Assembly (NCBI GenBank): GCA_963805975.1
Contig: CAWDVR010000003.1
Span: 256,001-320,000, forward strand
Length of the DNA: 64,000 nt
Direction of reading: 5' to 3'
Origin: an uncultured Acidobacteriota bacterium
GTDB taxonomy: Bacteria; Acidobacteriota; Thermoanaerobaculia; Multivoradales; SZUA-115
The translations under genes were made by a program, and so were the position numbers. The notes under the pieces were generated by a model. The model did no database searches, had not been told where the DNA came from, and was given only the letters and a program-made list of their open reading frames with translations. Below, piece after piece: positions 7,521 through 16,314 of the stretch. Numbering within the stretch: position 1 is the stretch's first letter; each line of letters begins with the position of its first letter.

Positions 7521-10499
7521 CTACGGCATCCGCACCGCTCGCGCTCCGCAGCCGGGGCCGTAGATCACTGCGTTGGCGAAGAGGCGCGCGGTGCCGTAGG
7601 CCGTGCCGCGGTAGACGGGGTCGCCGGCGAAGAGGATCACCTGGCCGTGGCCGAGGCGCTCGCGGGTGAGGTAGGCGGAGTTGGCGAGGCGCTCGGCGGC
7701 CTCGGGCCAGAGGAGGCCCGAGAGGCGGAGCGTCAGCTCGGCGTTGCCGGGCACGGCGCTCCAGCCGAAGGCGCGCCAGCGGGGCGGCGCCGAGGCAGCC
7801 GCCGGGGAGGGCGAGCGCTCCCGGGCGCTCTCGCGCGGCGGCAGCGCCCGGGCCACGCCGAGCCGCACCGGCACCTGGACCGGCGACTTGGCGAGCAGCA
7901 CCGGTCCCTGCCCCACGAAGATCGGCAGCGTCGCCCCGGTGCCGACCGTCAGCCAGTGCTCGGTGTCCACCCGACCGGCGAGGATCGCGCCCTGTGGCAG
8001 GAAGCGCTCGGCGTAGGCCTCACGCCGACCCAGCTCGGCCCTGTCGATCTCAATGGGGTCGGCCTTTTCCGCTTCCAATCCTTCGACGCCCTCCCAGGGC
8101 ATCTTCGCGTGCGTGCCCACGGCCTGCCGCCGCACCATCTCGCGGCGGCTCTCCTCCTCGGAAGGGAGACCGGGTGCATCGCGCCAGGAGCTCAGGAGGT
8201 CCGCACGGTAGGTGCCTAGGTCGGCCACGACATCCGCCAGCTGACGAGTGGAGGAGATCTGCGCCTTTTCGTTCGCCACCCGGCCCGCGGCCTGGCCCAC
8301 CGCGACCAGGGTGCCACCGTTCTCCACCCAGGCCTTCACGGCCTTGGCGGCGCCCTCGTCGAGCTCGGTGCCGGGGGCCAGCACCAGCACGTTGTAGCGC
8401 CGGAGGTCGACATCGCCGAGATCGTCGCCGGCCAGCAGCGAGATCGGCAGCCCGAGCTCGCGGTCGAGCGTGAACCACAGCGCTCCGTGCTCGTTCACGT
8501 CCGCCTTGCCGTAGCCCACGAGCGCCACGCGCGGCCGCTCCAGCAGCACGAAGTGATCGCCTCCCAGGTCCGCCAGGTCGCCGGCCCCCAGGCCGGTCGA
8601 GACGCCGTGCGGCGCCAGGCCGAGTGGCACCGCCAAGGTTCTGAGGCGCGCACCCAGGTTCCCGGCGCGCTCCCGGTTGTCGTCCCGGGAGACGACCAGC
8701 GAACCGCGGCCGAAGCCCTGGCCGTCGAGCGTGAAGGCCTCGTCCGCCAGGCGCACGCGCACCTCGTCACCCAGGAGCTTCGCGGCGAGGGCCACGGAGG
8801 CGTCGTCGGCGCCGTCGAACACCCAGGCTACCGGCTCGCCGCGGAGAGGCTTGTCGGGCGCGCTCGGGTAAGCCGCGAGCTTGGTGAGCTCCGCGGCGGT
8901 GGTCTTCCCGGCGAGAGCGGGCGCGAGCTCGCTGTCGATCTCGAAGGCGTCGAGCCCGTAGAGGAGCGGCATGCTCCAGCCGCTCACGTCGTAGAGCAGC
9001 GTCTGGCGCCCGGCCACCAGCGCCGCGCGCTCCTTGGCGAGCACGTCGTCCGGCAGCGGCAGGTCGAAGTCGAAGGAGGCGCGGAGCAGACCGCCCTCCG
9101 GCTGCCGGCCGGCGATCAACAGCGTGCCCGCCGGCAGCTCCACCTCGCGCCGCTGGCCGAAAGGGTCGCGGGCACTGAGCTTGGTGGCCCTGTCCAGCCG
9201 CTGGATCTCGCCGCCCAGCCGCTCGGCGGCCTCGGCGAAGCGGCGCAGGCGCGAGGCGTTGCCGTTCGGCACGATCGCCAGCGTGCGGCCGGCGAGCGGG
9301 CCGTCGTCCGCGATCACACCGCGCCGCCAGCGCGCGAAGTCGCGGGCGATCTCCACGCGATTCGTTTCCAGGGAGCGCACGTTGGCCCAGGCCGCGGCCA
9401 CCTGGTGCGCCACCGACTCGTGGTAGGACATGAGCTGCCCGTTCTCGAGCCGCACACTGCCGGCGGTGATGCCCGCCTGCTCGTGCAGGATGCCGATCGC
9501 GCCGCGGAAAGTGCCGAAAGAGTCCGAGTAGCCGGGGAACCACCAGTCCGCCCACTCGCCGGTGTAGTAGCGCCAGCCCTTCTGGTCGAAGGCCGCGGCC
9601 TCGTCGAGCCCGAAGCGGTCCCACCAGCGCTTGGCGGGCTCGGGCAGGTACGGATTGAAGGGCGGCCGGGGCGGGTAGAAGAGGAAGGTGCTGTCGAGCC
9701 CCATCTCGTGCACGTCGAGGAAGAACAGCGGGTGCCAGCCGGCGAGCGCCGCCAGCCGGCCGCGGGTCTCGGGTTGGGTGGCGAAGATCCAGTCGCGGTT
9801 GAGGTCGAAGCCGTAGTGGTTGGTCCGCCCCCACGGCCAGGAGCCCTGCTGCAGGATGGACTGGCCGTCCGACACCGGGGTGGCACCGCTGGTCTCGCGC
9901 ACGCGCGCCAGGTAGCGGTCCCGGCCGTCCGGGTTCTGGAGCGGATCGATGAACACCACCAGGTGCTCGAGGAGCGCCTCGACTGCCGGCTCGCGGCTCG
10001 CGACCAGCCGGTCCGCCAGCACCAGCGCCGCGTCGGCCCCGGAGATCTCGTCACCGTGGATCGAGAACGCGAGCCAGGCCACCGCCGGCAGCTCGCTTGC
10101 CAGCCGCTCGGCCTCGTTGGCGGTGGAGCGGCGCGCGTCCGCGACCTTCTCCCAGCCCTGCCGGATCTCCTCCAGGCGGGCGAGGTTCGCGGGCGACGAG
10201 ATCGCCAGGTGGTAGAGCGTGCGCCCCTCCCAGGTCTCGCCGTGCTCGAAGAGGCGGGCGCGCGGGTTCTTGGCCCAGGCTTCGAGGCAGCGCTCGATCT
10301 CGCCGTGCGTGGCGGCGCGCTCGCCGGCCGGGAAGCCGAGCAGCGTGCCGAGCTCGGGAACCGTGGTGTCGCGCGCTCCGCCGGAGAAGTAGGACACGGG
10401 AGCCGGCGCCTGCGCGCCGCCGGGCAGTGGGGCGAGTGCCAAGAGCGCGAGGCCCAGGGACCAGGAGCGAGCGGCGTGCAGGAGAGATCGACGGAGCAA
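7521..10499 (-). CDS. Secreted M14-family zinc carboxypeptidase with C-terminal GATase-like domain
   Basis: Signal peptide; IHGDE (HxxE), NPDG, DLNRDW, DVHEM motifs. Confidence 0.9.
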   Translation of the reverse strand: MLRRSLLHAARSWSLGLALLALAPLPGGAQAPAPVSYFSGGARDTTVPELGTLLGFPAGERAATHGEIERCLEAWAKNPRARLFEHGETWEGRTLYHLAISSPANLARLEEIRQGWEKVADARRSTANEAERLASELPAVAWLAFSIHGDEISGADAALVLADRLVASREPAVEALLEHLVVFIDPLQNPDGRDRYLARVRETSGATPVSDGQSILQQGSWPWGRTNHYGFDLNRDWIFATQPETRGRLAALAGWHPLFFLDVHEMGLDSTFLFYPPRPPFNPYLPEPAKRWWDRFGLDEAAAFDQKGWRYYTGEWADWWFPGYSDSFGTFRGAIGILHEQAGITAGSVRLENGQLMSYHESVAHQVAAAWANVRSLETNRVEIARDFARWRRGVIADDGPLAGRTLAIVPNGNASRLRRFAEAAERLGGEIQRLDRATKLSARDPFGQRREVELPAGTLLIAGRQPEGGLLRASFDFDLPLPDDVLAKERAALVAGRQTLLYDVSGWSMPLLYGLDAFEIDSELAPALAGKTTAAELTKLAAYPSAPDKPLRGEPVAWVFDGADDASVALAAKLLGDEVRVRLADEAFTLDGQGFGRGSLVVSRDDNRERAGNLGARLRTLAVPLGLAPHGVSTGLGAGDLADLGGDHFVLLERPRVALVGYGKADVNEHGALWFTLDRELGLPISLLAGDDLGDVDLRRYNVLVLAPGTELDEGAAKAVKAWVENGGTLVAVGQAAGRVANEKAQISSTRQLADVVADLGTYRADLLSSWRDAPGLPSEEESRREMVRRQAVGTHAKMPWEGVEGLEAEKADPIEIDRAELGRREAYAERFLPQGAILAGRVDTEHWLTVGTGATLPIFVGQGPVLLAKSPVQVPVRLGVARALPPRESARERSPSPAAASAPPRWRAFGWSAVPGNAELTLRLSGLLWPEAAERLANSAYLTRERLGHGQVILFAGDPVYRGTAYGTARLFANAVIYGPGCGARAVRMP

Positions 10500-10539
10500 G
10501 GCAACCTCCCGAGAAGAGTGCGGCGGGTTCGCGGCAAGC

Positions 10540-11490
10540 CTACAGCTTCAGCCGCTCGAGCAGGCGGGTGACCACCGAGGAGTCCTGCATGACGTAGAAG
10601 TGGATCGAGGGCGTGCCTTTGTCCAGCAGCTCGCGCACCTGCGCGAGGGTCCACTCGATGCCCACTTCCTTGACCTGCTCGGGCTTGGCGGCGTGTACCG
10701 CGTCGGCGAGCTGCCAGGGGATCTCGGCGTAGAAGTTGCGCGGGATCGAGGTGAGCTGCTTCGCGCCGGTCAAGATCTTCAAGCCGGGGATGATGGGCAC
10801 CGTGATGCCCTCCGCGCGGCAGAGCTCGACGTAGCGGAAGTAGTGCGCGTTGTCGAAGAACATCTGGGTCACGAGGTAATCCGCGCCGGCGTCGACTTTC
10901 TCTTTCGCACGGCGGATCTCGGTCTTCAAGTTCGGGCACTCGAAGTGCTTTTCCGGATAGCCGCCGGCGCCGACACAGAAGTGCGTGGGCTCGGCGTTGA
11001 GCAGGTCGGCCTCCAGGTACTTGCCGTGGTTCATGTCGGAGATCTGGCGCACCAGGTCGGCGGCGAACGCGTTGGCGCTCCGGCCACCGGTCAGCGGCTT
11101 CTGGTAGCCGCTGTCGTCGCCGCGCACCGCGAGCACGTTGTCGATGCCCAGGAAGTTGAGCTCGATCAGGAAGTCCTCGGTCTCCTCGCGGGTGAAGCCC
11201 TGGCAGAGGATGTGGGGCACGGCATCGACGTTGTACTTGTTCTGGATCAGGGCGCAGACGCCGATCGTTCCCGGCCGCTTGCGCTTGACCCGGCGCTGGA
11301 TGCCGCCGGGAGTCTCTTCGAAGACCACCTCGGCCGCGTGACTGGTGATGTCGATGAACGGCGGGCGCCAGGGCATCAGGTTGTCGATCACCGACAGCAG
11401 CGCCTGCACGTGGCCGCCGCGTAGCGGCGGGATGATCTCGAAGCTGATCAGCGGGCCCGTCGCCCGCGCCAGGTGCTCGGTCACTTTCAT
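10540..11490 (-). CDS. metF: 5,10-methylenetetrahydrofolate reductase
   Basis: ISFEIIPP, LAVRGD, GYPEKH, VTQMFFDN, IHFYVM motifs; near metH. Confidence 0.95.
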   Translation of the reverse strand: MKVTEHLARATGPLISFEIIPPLRGGHVQALLSVIDNLMPWRPPFIDITSHAAEVVFEETPGGIQRRVKRKRPGTIGVCALIQNKYNVDAVPHILCQGFTREETEDFLIELNFLGIDNVLAVRGDDSGYQKPLTGGRSANAFAADLVRQISDMNHGKYLEADLLNAEPTHFCVGAGGYPEKHFECPNLKTEIRRAKEKVDAGADYLVTQMFFDNAHYFRYVELCRAEGITVPIIPGLKILTGAKQLTSIPRNFYAEIPWQLADAVHAAKPEQVKEVGIEWTLAQVRELLDKGTPSIHFYVMQDSSVVTRLLERLKL

Positions 11491-11495
11491 CGCGT

Positions 11496-11553
11496 GCCCT
11501 CGTAGCGCCGTCCTCGCAGCGGCGCCCTCTCGCAGCGCCGCCCTCGTAGCGGC
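11496..11553. repeat. Four imperfect ~14-bp tandem repeats in the metF leader
   Basis: gccctcgtagcgcc / gtcctcgcagcggc / gccctctcgcagcgcc / gccctcgtagcggc. Confidence 0.75.
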
Positions 11554-11592
11554 GGGAGTATAGGCGATGGGCCTTGCTACACTGCCGCCGCC

Positions 11593-12999
11593 GTGAACCG
11601 CCTGACGCCCGCTCCCACCGCCTGGCGCCTGCTGCGCCTGGTGGGCGATCTCGGTGCCGCCGCGGGCGCCTTCTACCTCTCGTTCCTGGCCCGCATCCAC
11701 TTCACGATCCCGCTCACCGCCTTCCCCCTGCCGGCCTCGCGCCTGCGCTTCTTCGAGCGCGAGTGGTGGACGGTGGTGGTCGCCCAGGCGCTGGTCCTCT
11801 ACTTCTTCGGCTTCTACGACCCGCCCCGCGAGTCGCGCGGTCCGGAGGGCACGCGCCGGCTGCTCGCCGCGGTGGCGCTCCAGGGCCTGGGGCTCGCCGG
11901 CTATTACTTCCTCACCGACCGCCAGTTCCCGCGCTCGGTGCTGGTGCTGTTCGTGGTCTTCAACTTCCTCCTCGTCCTCACCTGGCGGAGCGCCGTCGGC
12001 CGCCTCTACCGCGCGCCGCGCCGGCGGGTGGCGATCGTCGGCTGCGGCCCGGCGGCGCGCGAGCTGGCGGCGAAGATCGCCGGCTTCGACGGCCAGGACG
12101 TGCTGGTGGTGGGCTTCGTGCCGGCCCCGGACGAAACGTTCGCGCCGCCGGCGGAGGGCGACGGCGCAGCTCTCGGCCCCTCGCTGGGAACGGTCGAGGA
12201 GCTGCCCGCGCTCCTCGCCGCGGGCACCATCGACGACATCATCCTCGCCGCCGGCGCCCGCGCCTGGCAGACGCGGCTCCTCGACCAGCTCGCCACCCAG
12301 CGGCTGGCGCGGAGCAACGTGCTGCTGCTTCCCGGGCCGATCGAGAGCCTGATCGGCCGCATGCGCTACCGCTGGGTGGACGACGTGCCGCTGATCGAGG
12401 TGGTGCGCCAGTCGGAGTGGCAGGTGAACCGGCCGCTGAAGCGGCTGCTGGACCTGGTGGGCGCCAGCCTGCTGCTGATCGCCTCCGTGCCGCTCCTGCT
12501 GCTCGCCGCGCTGCTGATCGCCCTGGCCTCCGGGCTGCCCGTCTTCTACCGCCAGGAGCGGCTGGGGCTCGGGAGGAAGCCGTTCACGGTGTGGAAGCTG
12601 CGCACCATGAAGCTGAACGCCGAGCGCGACACCGGCGAGGTGCTGGCGGCGCCCGGCGACCCACGGCTGACGGCGGTGGGGGCCTGGCTGCGGCGGCTGC
12701 GGCTCGACGAGCTGCCGCAGCTCGTGAACGTGCTCGCCGGCTCGATGAGCCTGGTGGGGCCGCGGCCGGAGCGGCCGGGCTTCGCCGAGCGGTTCCTGAC
12801 CGAGGTGCCGGGCTACGCCGAGCGCTTCTCGGTGCCGCCCGGGCTCACCGGGCTCGCGCAGGTGAACGGCGACTACCACTCGACGCCGGAGAACAAGCTG
12901 CGCTACGACCTGGCCTACATCGCCAACTGGAGCCCGTGGCTGGACCTCGCGATCCTGTTCCGCACGGTGAAGATCGTGCTGACGTCGCGCGGGACTTAG
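11593..12999 (+). CDS. Priming polyprenyl glycosylphosphotransferase (WcaJ/WbaP-like sugar transferase)
   Basis: N-terminal TMs, Rossmann-like middle domain, C-terminal KLRTM...RLDELPQLVNV...MSLVGPRPE...PGLTGLAQV. Confidence 0.95.
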   Translation: MNRLTPAPTAWRLLRLVGDLGAAAGAFYLSFLARIHFTIPLTAFPLPASRLRFFEREWWTVVVAQALVLYFFGFYDPPRESRGPEGTRRLLAAVALQGLGLAGYYFLTDRQFPRSVLVLFVVFNFLLVLTWRSAVGRLYRAPRRRVAIVGCGPAARELAAKIAGFDGQDVLVVGFVPAPDETFAPPAEGDGAALGPSLGTVEELPALLAAGTIDDIILAAGARAWQTRLLDQLATQRLARSNVLLLPGPIESLIGRMRYRWVDDVPLIEVVRQSEWQVNRPLKRLLDLVGASLLLIASVPLLLLAALLIALASGLPVFYRQERLGLGRKPFTVWKLRTMKLNAERDTGEVLAAPGDPRLTAVGAWLRRLRLDELPQLVNVLAGSMSLVGPRPERPGFAERFLTEVPGYAERFSVPPGLTGLAQVNGDYHSTPENKLRYDLAYIANWSPWLDLAILFRTVKIVLTSRGT

Positions 13000-13448
13000 G
13001 GCCGGAGCTCCGCCGGGATCTCGCGGGCCAGCAGCGGATCGAGCTTGAACGCGGCCGCGAAGCTCTTCTTCGCCTCCTCGCGCTGCCCCGCCTGAAACTG
13101 TGCGCGGCCCAGGTTGAGGTAGGTCTCCGGCCGCTGCTCCAGGCGGTTGGCCGCCTGGTAGGACTCGATCGCCGCCTCCGGCGAGCCCAGCAGGTAGTAG
13201 ACGCTGCCGATGGCGATCGGGATGCCCACCTCCACCGGGTCGCGCTGCTCGGCGCGGCGCAGCAGGTCGAGGTTGGCGCGCAGCAGGCCGCTGCCCGTCT
13301 TTCCCATGCGTGCGGCGTAGAGGCTCGCGGTCTCCGCCCGCTGCAGCGCTACCGCGGCAACGATGCGGTCCGCCGAGCGGTCCACCTGCCACGCGAGCGC
13401 GGCGGCGAGCGCCGCGAGCGCTAGCCAGCTCGCCAGCCGGCCGCTCAC
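12996..13448 (-). CDS. Small membrane-anchored TPR protein
   Basis: GTG start overlapping the ligase stop; N-terminal hydrophobic helix then TPRs (AIESYQAA...YLNLGRAQFQAG). Confidence 0.75.
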   Translation of the reverse strand: MSGRLASWLALAALAAALAWQVDRSADRIVAAVALQRAETASLYAARMGKTGSGLLRANLDLLRRAEQRDPVEVGIPIAIGSVYYLLGSPEAAIESYQAANRLEQRPETYLNLGRAQFQAGQREEAKKSFAAAFKLDPLLAREIPAELRP

Positions 13449-14824
13449 GCCGGCACCTCGGCCCGGGAACGGCGGGCGGCGGCGAAGATCCAGGCGAGCA
13501 GCAGGAGCCCCGGCACCGCGGTCAGGGCGATGCGGAACGGGAAGAAGGCGAGCGACATCACGGCGTACGCGGTCACTCCCGCCCAGGCCACGGCTGCGTC
13601 GTGGGTCGAGCGATCGCCCTCGCGGCCCGGCAGCCGGCGCAATTGCCGCACCAGCACGTAGAGCGCCCAGGCCAGGGCGGCGAGGCCCGGCAGGCCCCAC
13701 TCCGCCGCCGTCTCCACGTACTCGTTGTGGGCGTTGGCGAAGATCACGTTCTCCTGCGAGCGGAAGAACTTGACGCCCTGGTCCACCAGGGCCAGGCGCG
13801 CCGTGCCGAACGCGGCGCGGTAGGCGCCGTGCCCGACGCCCGCGAGCGGGTGCTCCTCGAGCATCCACAGGGCGGTTCGCCAGCCGTCGAGCCGGCCGGT
13901 CAGGACGCTGTTGAGGTCGCCCTTCCACGCGGCCGAGAGCTTCCCCGTCACCCGCAGCCGGAGCGGCGCCAGGACGAGGACCAGGACCACGCCCACCGCG
14001 GCGATGGTGCCGGCGATGGCGATCGCCCGGCGGCGCGGCAGGAGGATGCCCCAGAAGACCACGCTGCCGGCGGCGAGCGCGATGAGCGCGGTGAGGCTCT
14101 GGGTGATGGCCACGGTGTAGAGGCCGAGCGCGATCGCCGCCAGGTACCACCAGCGGAAGCGATGGCGTGCGGCGAGCGCCGCCTGCGCCACCAGGCAGGG
14201 CAGCACCCAGAAGGCGCCGAGGTCGCCGGGGTTGCCGGCCAGCGCGGTGACCCCCAGCCGGTTCGCTTCCAGGCCACGGGCGAACTGCAGCGGCTCCCAG
14301 AGGTCGTGGTACTGGAGCACGGCGAGGAGCGACATCAGGATCGCCGGCACCACGAGGAAGTCCAGCAGCCGTCGCAGGCGCTCGGCGGAGAGCCCCAGGC
14401 TCCAGCCGGCGAGCGCCGCGGCGCCGATCCAGAGGTCGGCCAGGCCTTCCCGCACATGCAGTGGATGATCGGTGAACGCGAGGCCCAGGGTGGCGACGGC
14501 CAGGAGCGGAACGAGCGCCCGGAGAACCGGGATCTCCGCCAGCTCGCGCCAGCGGATCGTCGGTACGGAACGCAGCTTCCAGGCGAGCGGCAGCAGGGTG
14601 AGGAGGGCCACCGTCGAGGCGAGGAGCAGCTTCGGCAGCCGGAACGCCTCCTTGGCCGCGTGCCAGATGACGAACGGCAGGGCGAGGAGGAGGAGGCCGA
14701 GCAGGATCTCGGAGAGCCGCTCCGCCTTGCTCACCGCCGTGGACGATGCGGAGGCAGGGCGTTTGGGGGCGGTTCGTTTCGGCGGCACGGGAGATCGAGC
14801 TTCGGAAGCGTGGCGGCGGCCCAT
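13445..14824 (-). CDS. O-antigen ligase / O-oligosaccharyltransferase family (Wzy_C) protein
   Basis: Multi-TM; GNPGDLG, RLDGWRTAL..HPLAGVGHG, NAHNEYVE motifs; start uncertain. Confidence 0.88.
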   Translation of the reverse strand: MGRRHASEARSPVPPKRTAPKRPASASSTAVSKAERLSEILLGLLLLALPFVIWHAAKEAFRLPKLLLASTVALLTLLPLAWKLRSVPTIRWRELAEIPVLRALVPLLAVATLGLAFTDHPLHVREGLADLWIGAAALAGWSLGLSAERLRRLLDFLVVPAILMSLLAVLQYHDLWEPLQFARGLEANRLGVTALAGNPGDLGAFWVLPCLVAQAALAARHRFRWWYLAAIALGLYTVAITQSLTALIALAAGSVVFWGILLPRRRAIAIAGTIAAVGVVLVLVLAPLRLRVTGKLSAAWKGDLNSVLTGRLDGWRTALWMLEEHPLAGVGHGAYRAAFGTARLALVDQGVKFFRSQENVIFANAHNEYVETAAEWGLPGLAALAWALYVLVRQLRRLPGREGDRSTHDAAVAWAGVTAYAVMSLAFFPFRIALTAVPGLLLLAWIFAAARRSRAEVPA

Positions 14825-14842
14825 CGAGCAGCGAGCAGTCTA

Positions 14843-16057
14843 TCAGCCGCGTAGGCGCACCGAGATCGCGCTCCTCGCGTAGGAGAGAGCCCGCCGCACC
14901 AGGTCGAACGGCCGCGCCAGGCGCCGCGCGGCGCGGTTCCAGGGGCCGCGCGGCGGGCCGTAGATCGCTTCGAGCTCGGCACCGCTCGGAAAGACCGCAT
15001 GGCGCAGCGAACGGCCCAGGGCCATCGCTTTGGGCTGGTCGGAGAGCGGCCGGGCGATCATCTCGAAACGGAGAGCGCGGGCGTAGCTCTCGTCGAGCAC
15101 GCCGGCCAGGAAGTGGTGCAGCAGCGCCGCTTCGCCGCTCTCGGCGATCGGCTCGGCGAGCACCGTGAGGTCGCCGGCCGCCAGCCGCCGGCAGAGGCTT
15201 GCCAGGGCGGCGACCTCGGGCTCTTCGACCTCCGCCGCGGCGAGGCGCCCGGCTTGCGCCAGCAGGTCGCCGTTGTCCTCGAGACCCAGATCCAGCCAGT
15301 CGCCCACCAGCCGGAGCGCCGGGTAGGCGTGGGGCGCGAAACCGTGCTGCACCAGGCCGTGGACCAGGGCGTGGGCCGCCAGCACGGCGGGCGCGGGGAA
15401 GAAGCAGGAGCCCGGGAGCCCGGGAGCGGGGCGGAGGAGGCCCGCCGCGGCGAGACCCGGTGCCGTGGCCGAGCCCGCCCCTTTCTCGAGCCGCACGCCG
15501 AGCACCAGGCGGTGAATCTCGACGGCTCCGCCCTGGGGTGCCACGAGCGCCGGCAACTGGTGCTCCATCTCCGGCGTCCGGCTGGCGGTGTAGCCGCGGA
15601 GGACGAGGGCCTGCTGGAGGTCCCGAGCCCGACTCGGCGCCACCAGCACGTCGAGGTCTGCCGCCGGGCGGCTGCCTTCGGCCAGCACGCCGGAGAGCTC
15701 CAGCGCGAAGTACTTGAGGAAGACGAGCGGCAGCTCGAGCTCCGCCGCGGCGATGGCCACCTCTTCGGCCGCCGCGCCCAGGCAGAGCTGCGTGGCGACG
15801 GTGGCGAAGCGGTCGCGGCGGAAGAGCTCGGCCTCCCCGGCGCCGACCTCCGCCGCGAGCCGCTCGGTCTCGGCACGGCTCGCGATCCGTGGCGAGAGCC
15901 CGAGCCGGGCCGCGAGCGCATGCGCGCCGGCGACCGGGATCGCCACGTCCGGCAGCGGCTTCTCCGGCGGCCCGAAGGCCCGCACCAGGCACCAGGCGAG
16001 CGCCGGCCCGGCCTCGACTGCCGGCGGCCGGAAGCGCACGCCTGACTTGGGCCGCAT
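14843..16057 (-). CDS. Uncharacterised nucleotidyltransferase (NTP_transf_5-like)
   Basis: RPAADLDVLV DxD motif, VEIHR, family-typical layout. Confidence 0.75.
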   Translation of the reverse strand: MRPKSGVRFRPPAVEAGPALAWCLVRAFGPPEKPLPDVAIPVAGAHALAARLGLSPRIASRAETERLAAEVGAGEAELFRRDRFATVATQLCLGAAAEEVAIAAAELELPLVFLKYFALELSGVLAEGSRPAADLDVLVAPSRARDLQQALVLRGYTASRTPEMEHQLPALVAPQGGAVEIHRLVLGVRLEKGAGSATAPGLAAAGLLRPAPGLPGSCFFPAPAVLAAHALVHGLVQHGFAPHAYPALRLVGDWLDLGLEDNGDLLAQAGRLAAAEVEEPEVAALASLCRRLAAGDLTVLAEPIAESGEAALLHHFLAGVLDESYARALRFEMIARPLSDQPKAMALGRSLRHAVFPSGAELEAIYGPPRGPWNRAARRLARPFDLVRRALSYARSAISVRLRG

Positions 16058-16123
16058 GATGGTCAGGATAGCGCGAGGGTGATCGACAAGGCCCGGCTCA
16101 AGAGGTCAGCGAGACAGCGTCCG

Positions 16124-16265
16124 GATGGATTCCCGCTTTCGCGGGAATGACGAAAGGAAGCCAACCCCTGTCATTCCCGCGAAAGTGGGAATCCATCCCA
16201 GGCTACGCCGATCGAGTGGACGGACTTCGCCTGCCTGTCATTCCCGCGAAAGCGGGAATCCATCC
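16124..16265. repeat. Cluster of three REP-like palindromes (one inverted, two direct)
   Basis: GTCATTCCCGCGAAAG(C/T)GGGAATCCATCC at ~16169 and ~16236, reverse complement at ~16124-16151; ATTCCC-N8-GGGAAT core. Confidence 0.9.
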
Positions 16266-16314
16266 GGCGTGCCGGCGACCACGATGCTCCGGGCCGATGG
16301 GTTATGGTCGCCGT

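Noticed and set aside
11496-11560. SAH riboswitch in the metF leader
   Set aside because: GAGG..GCGCTGC resemblance only; the GCCAGGCTC element and pairing are absent, and tandem repeats explain the sequence
16124-16265. CRISPR array
   Set aside because: Only three copies, mixed orientation, unequal spacers and no cas genes; fits REP/BIME
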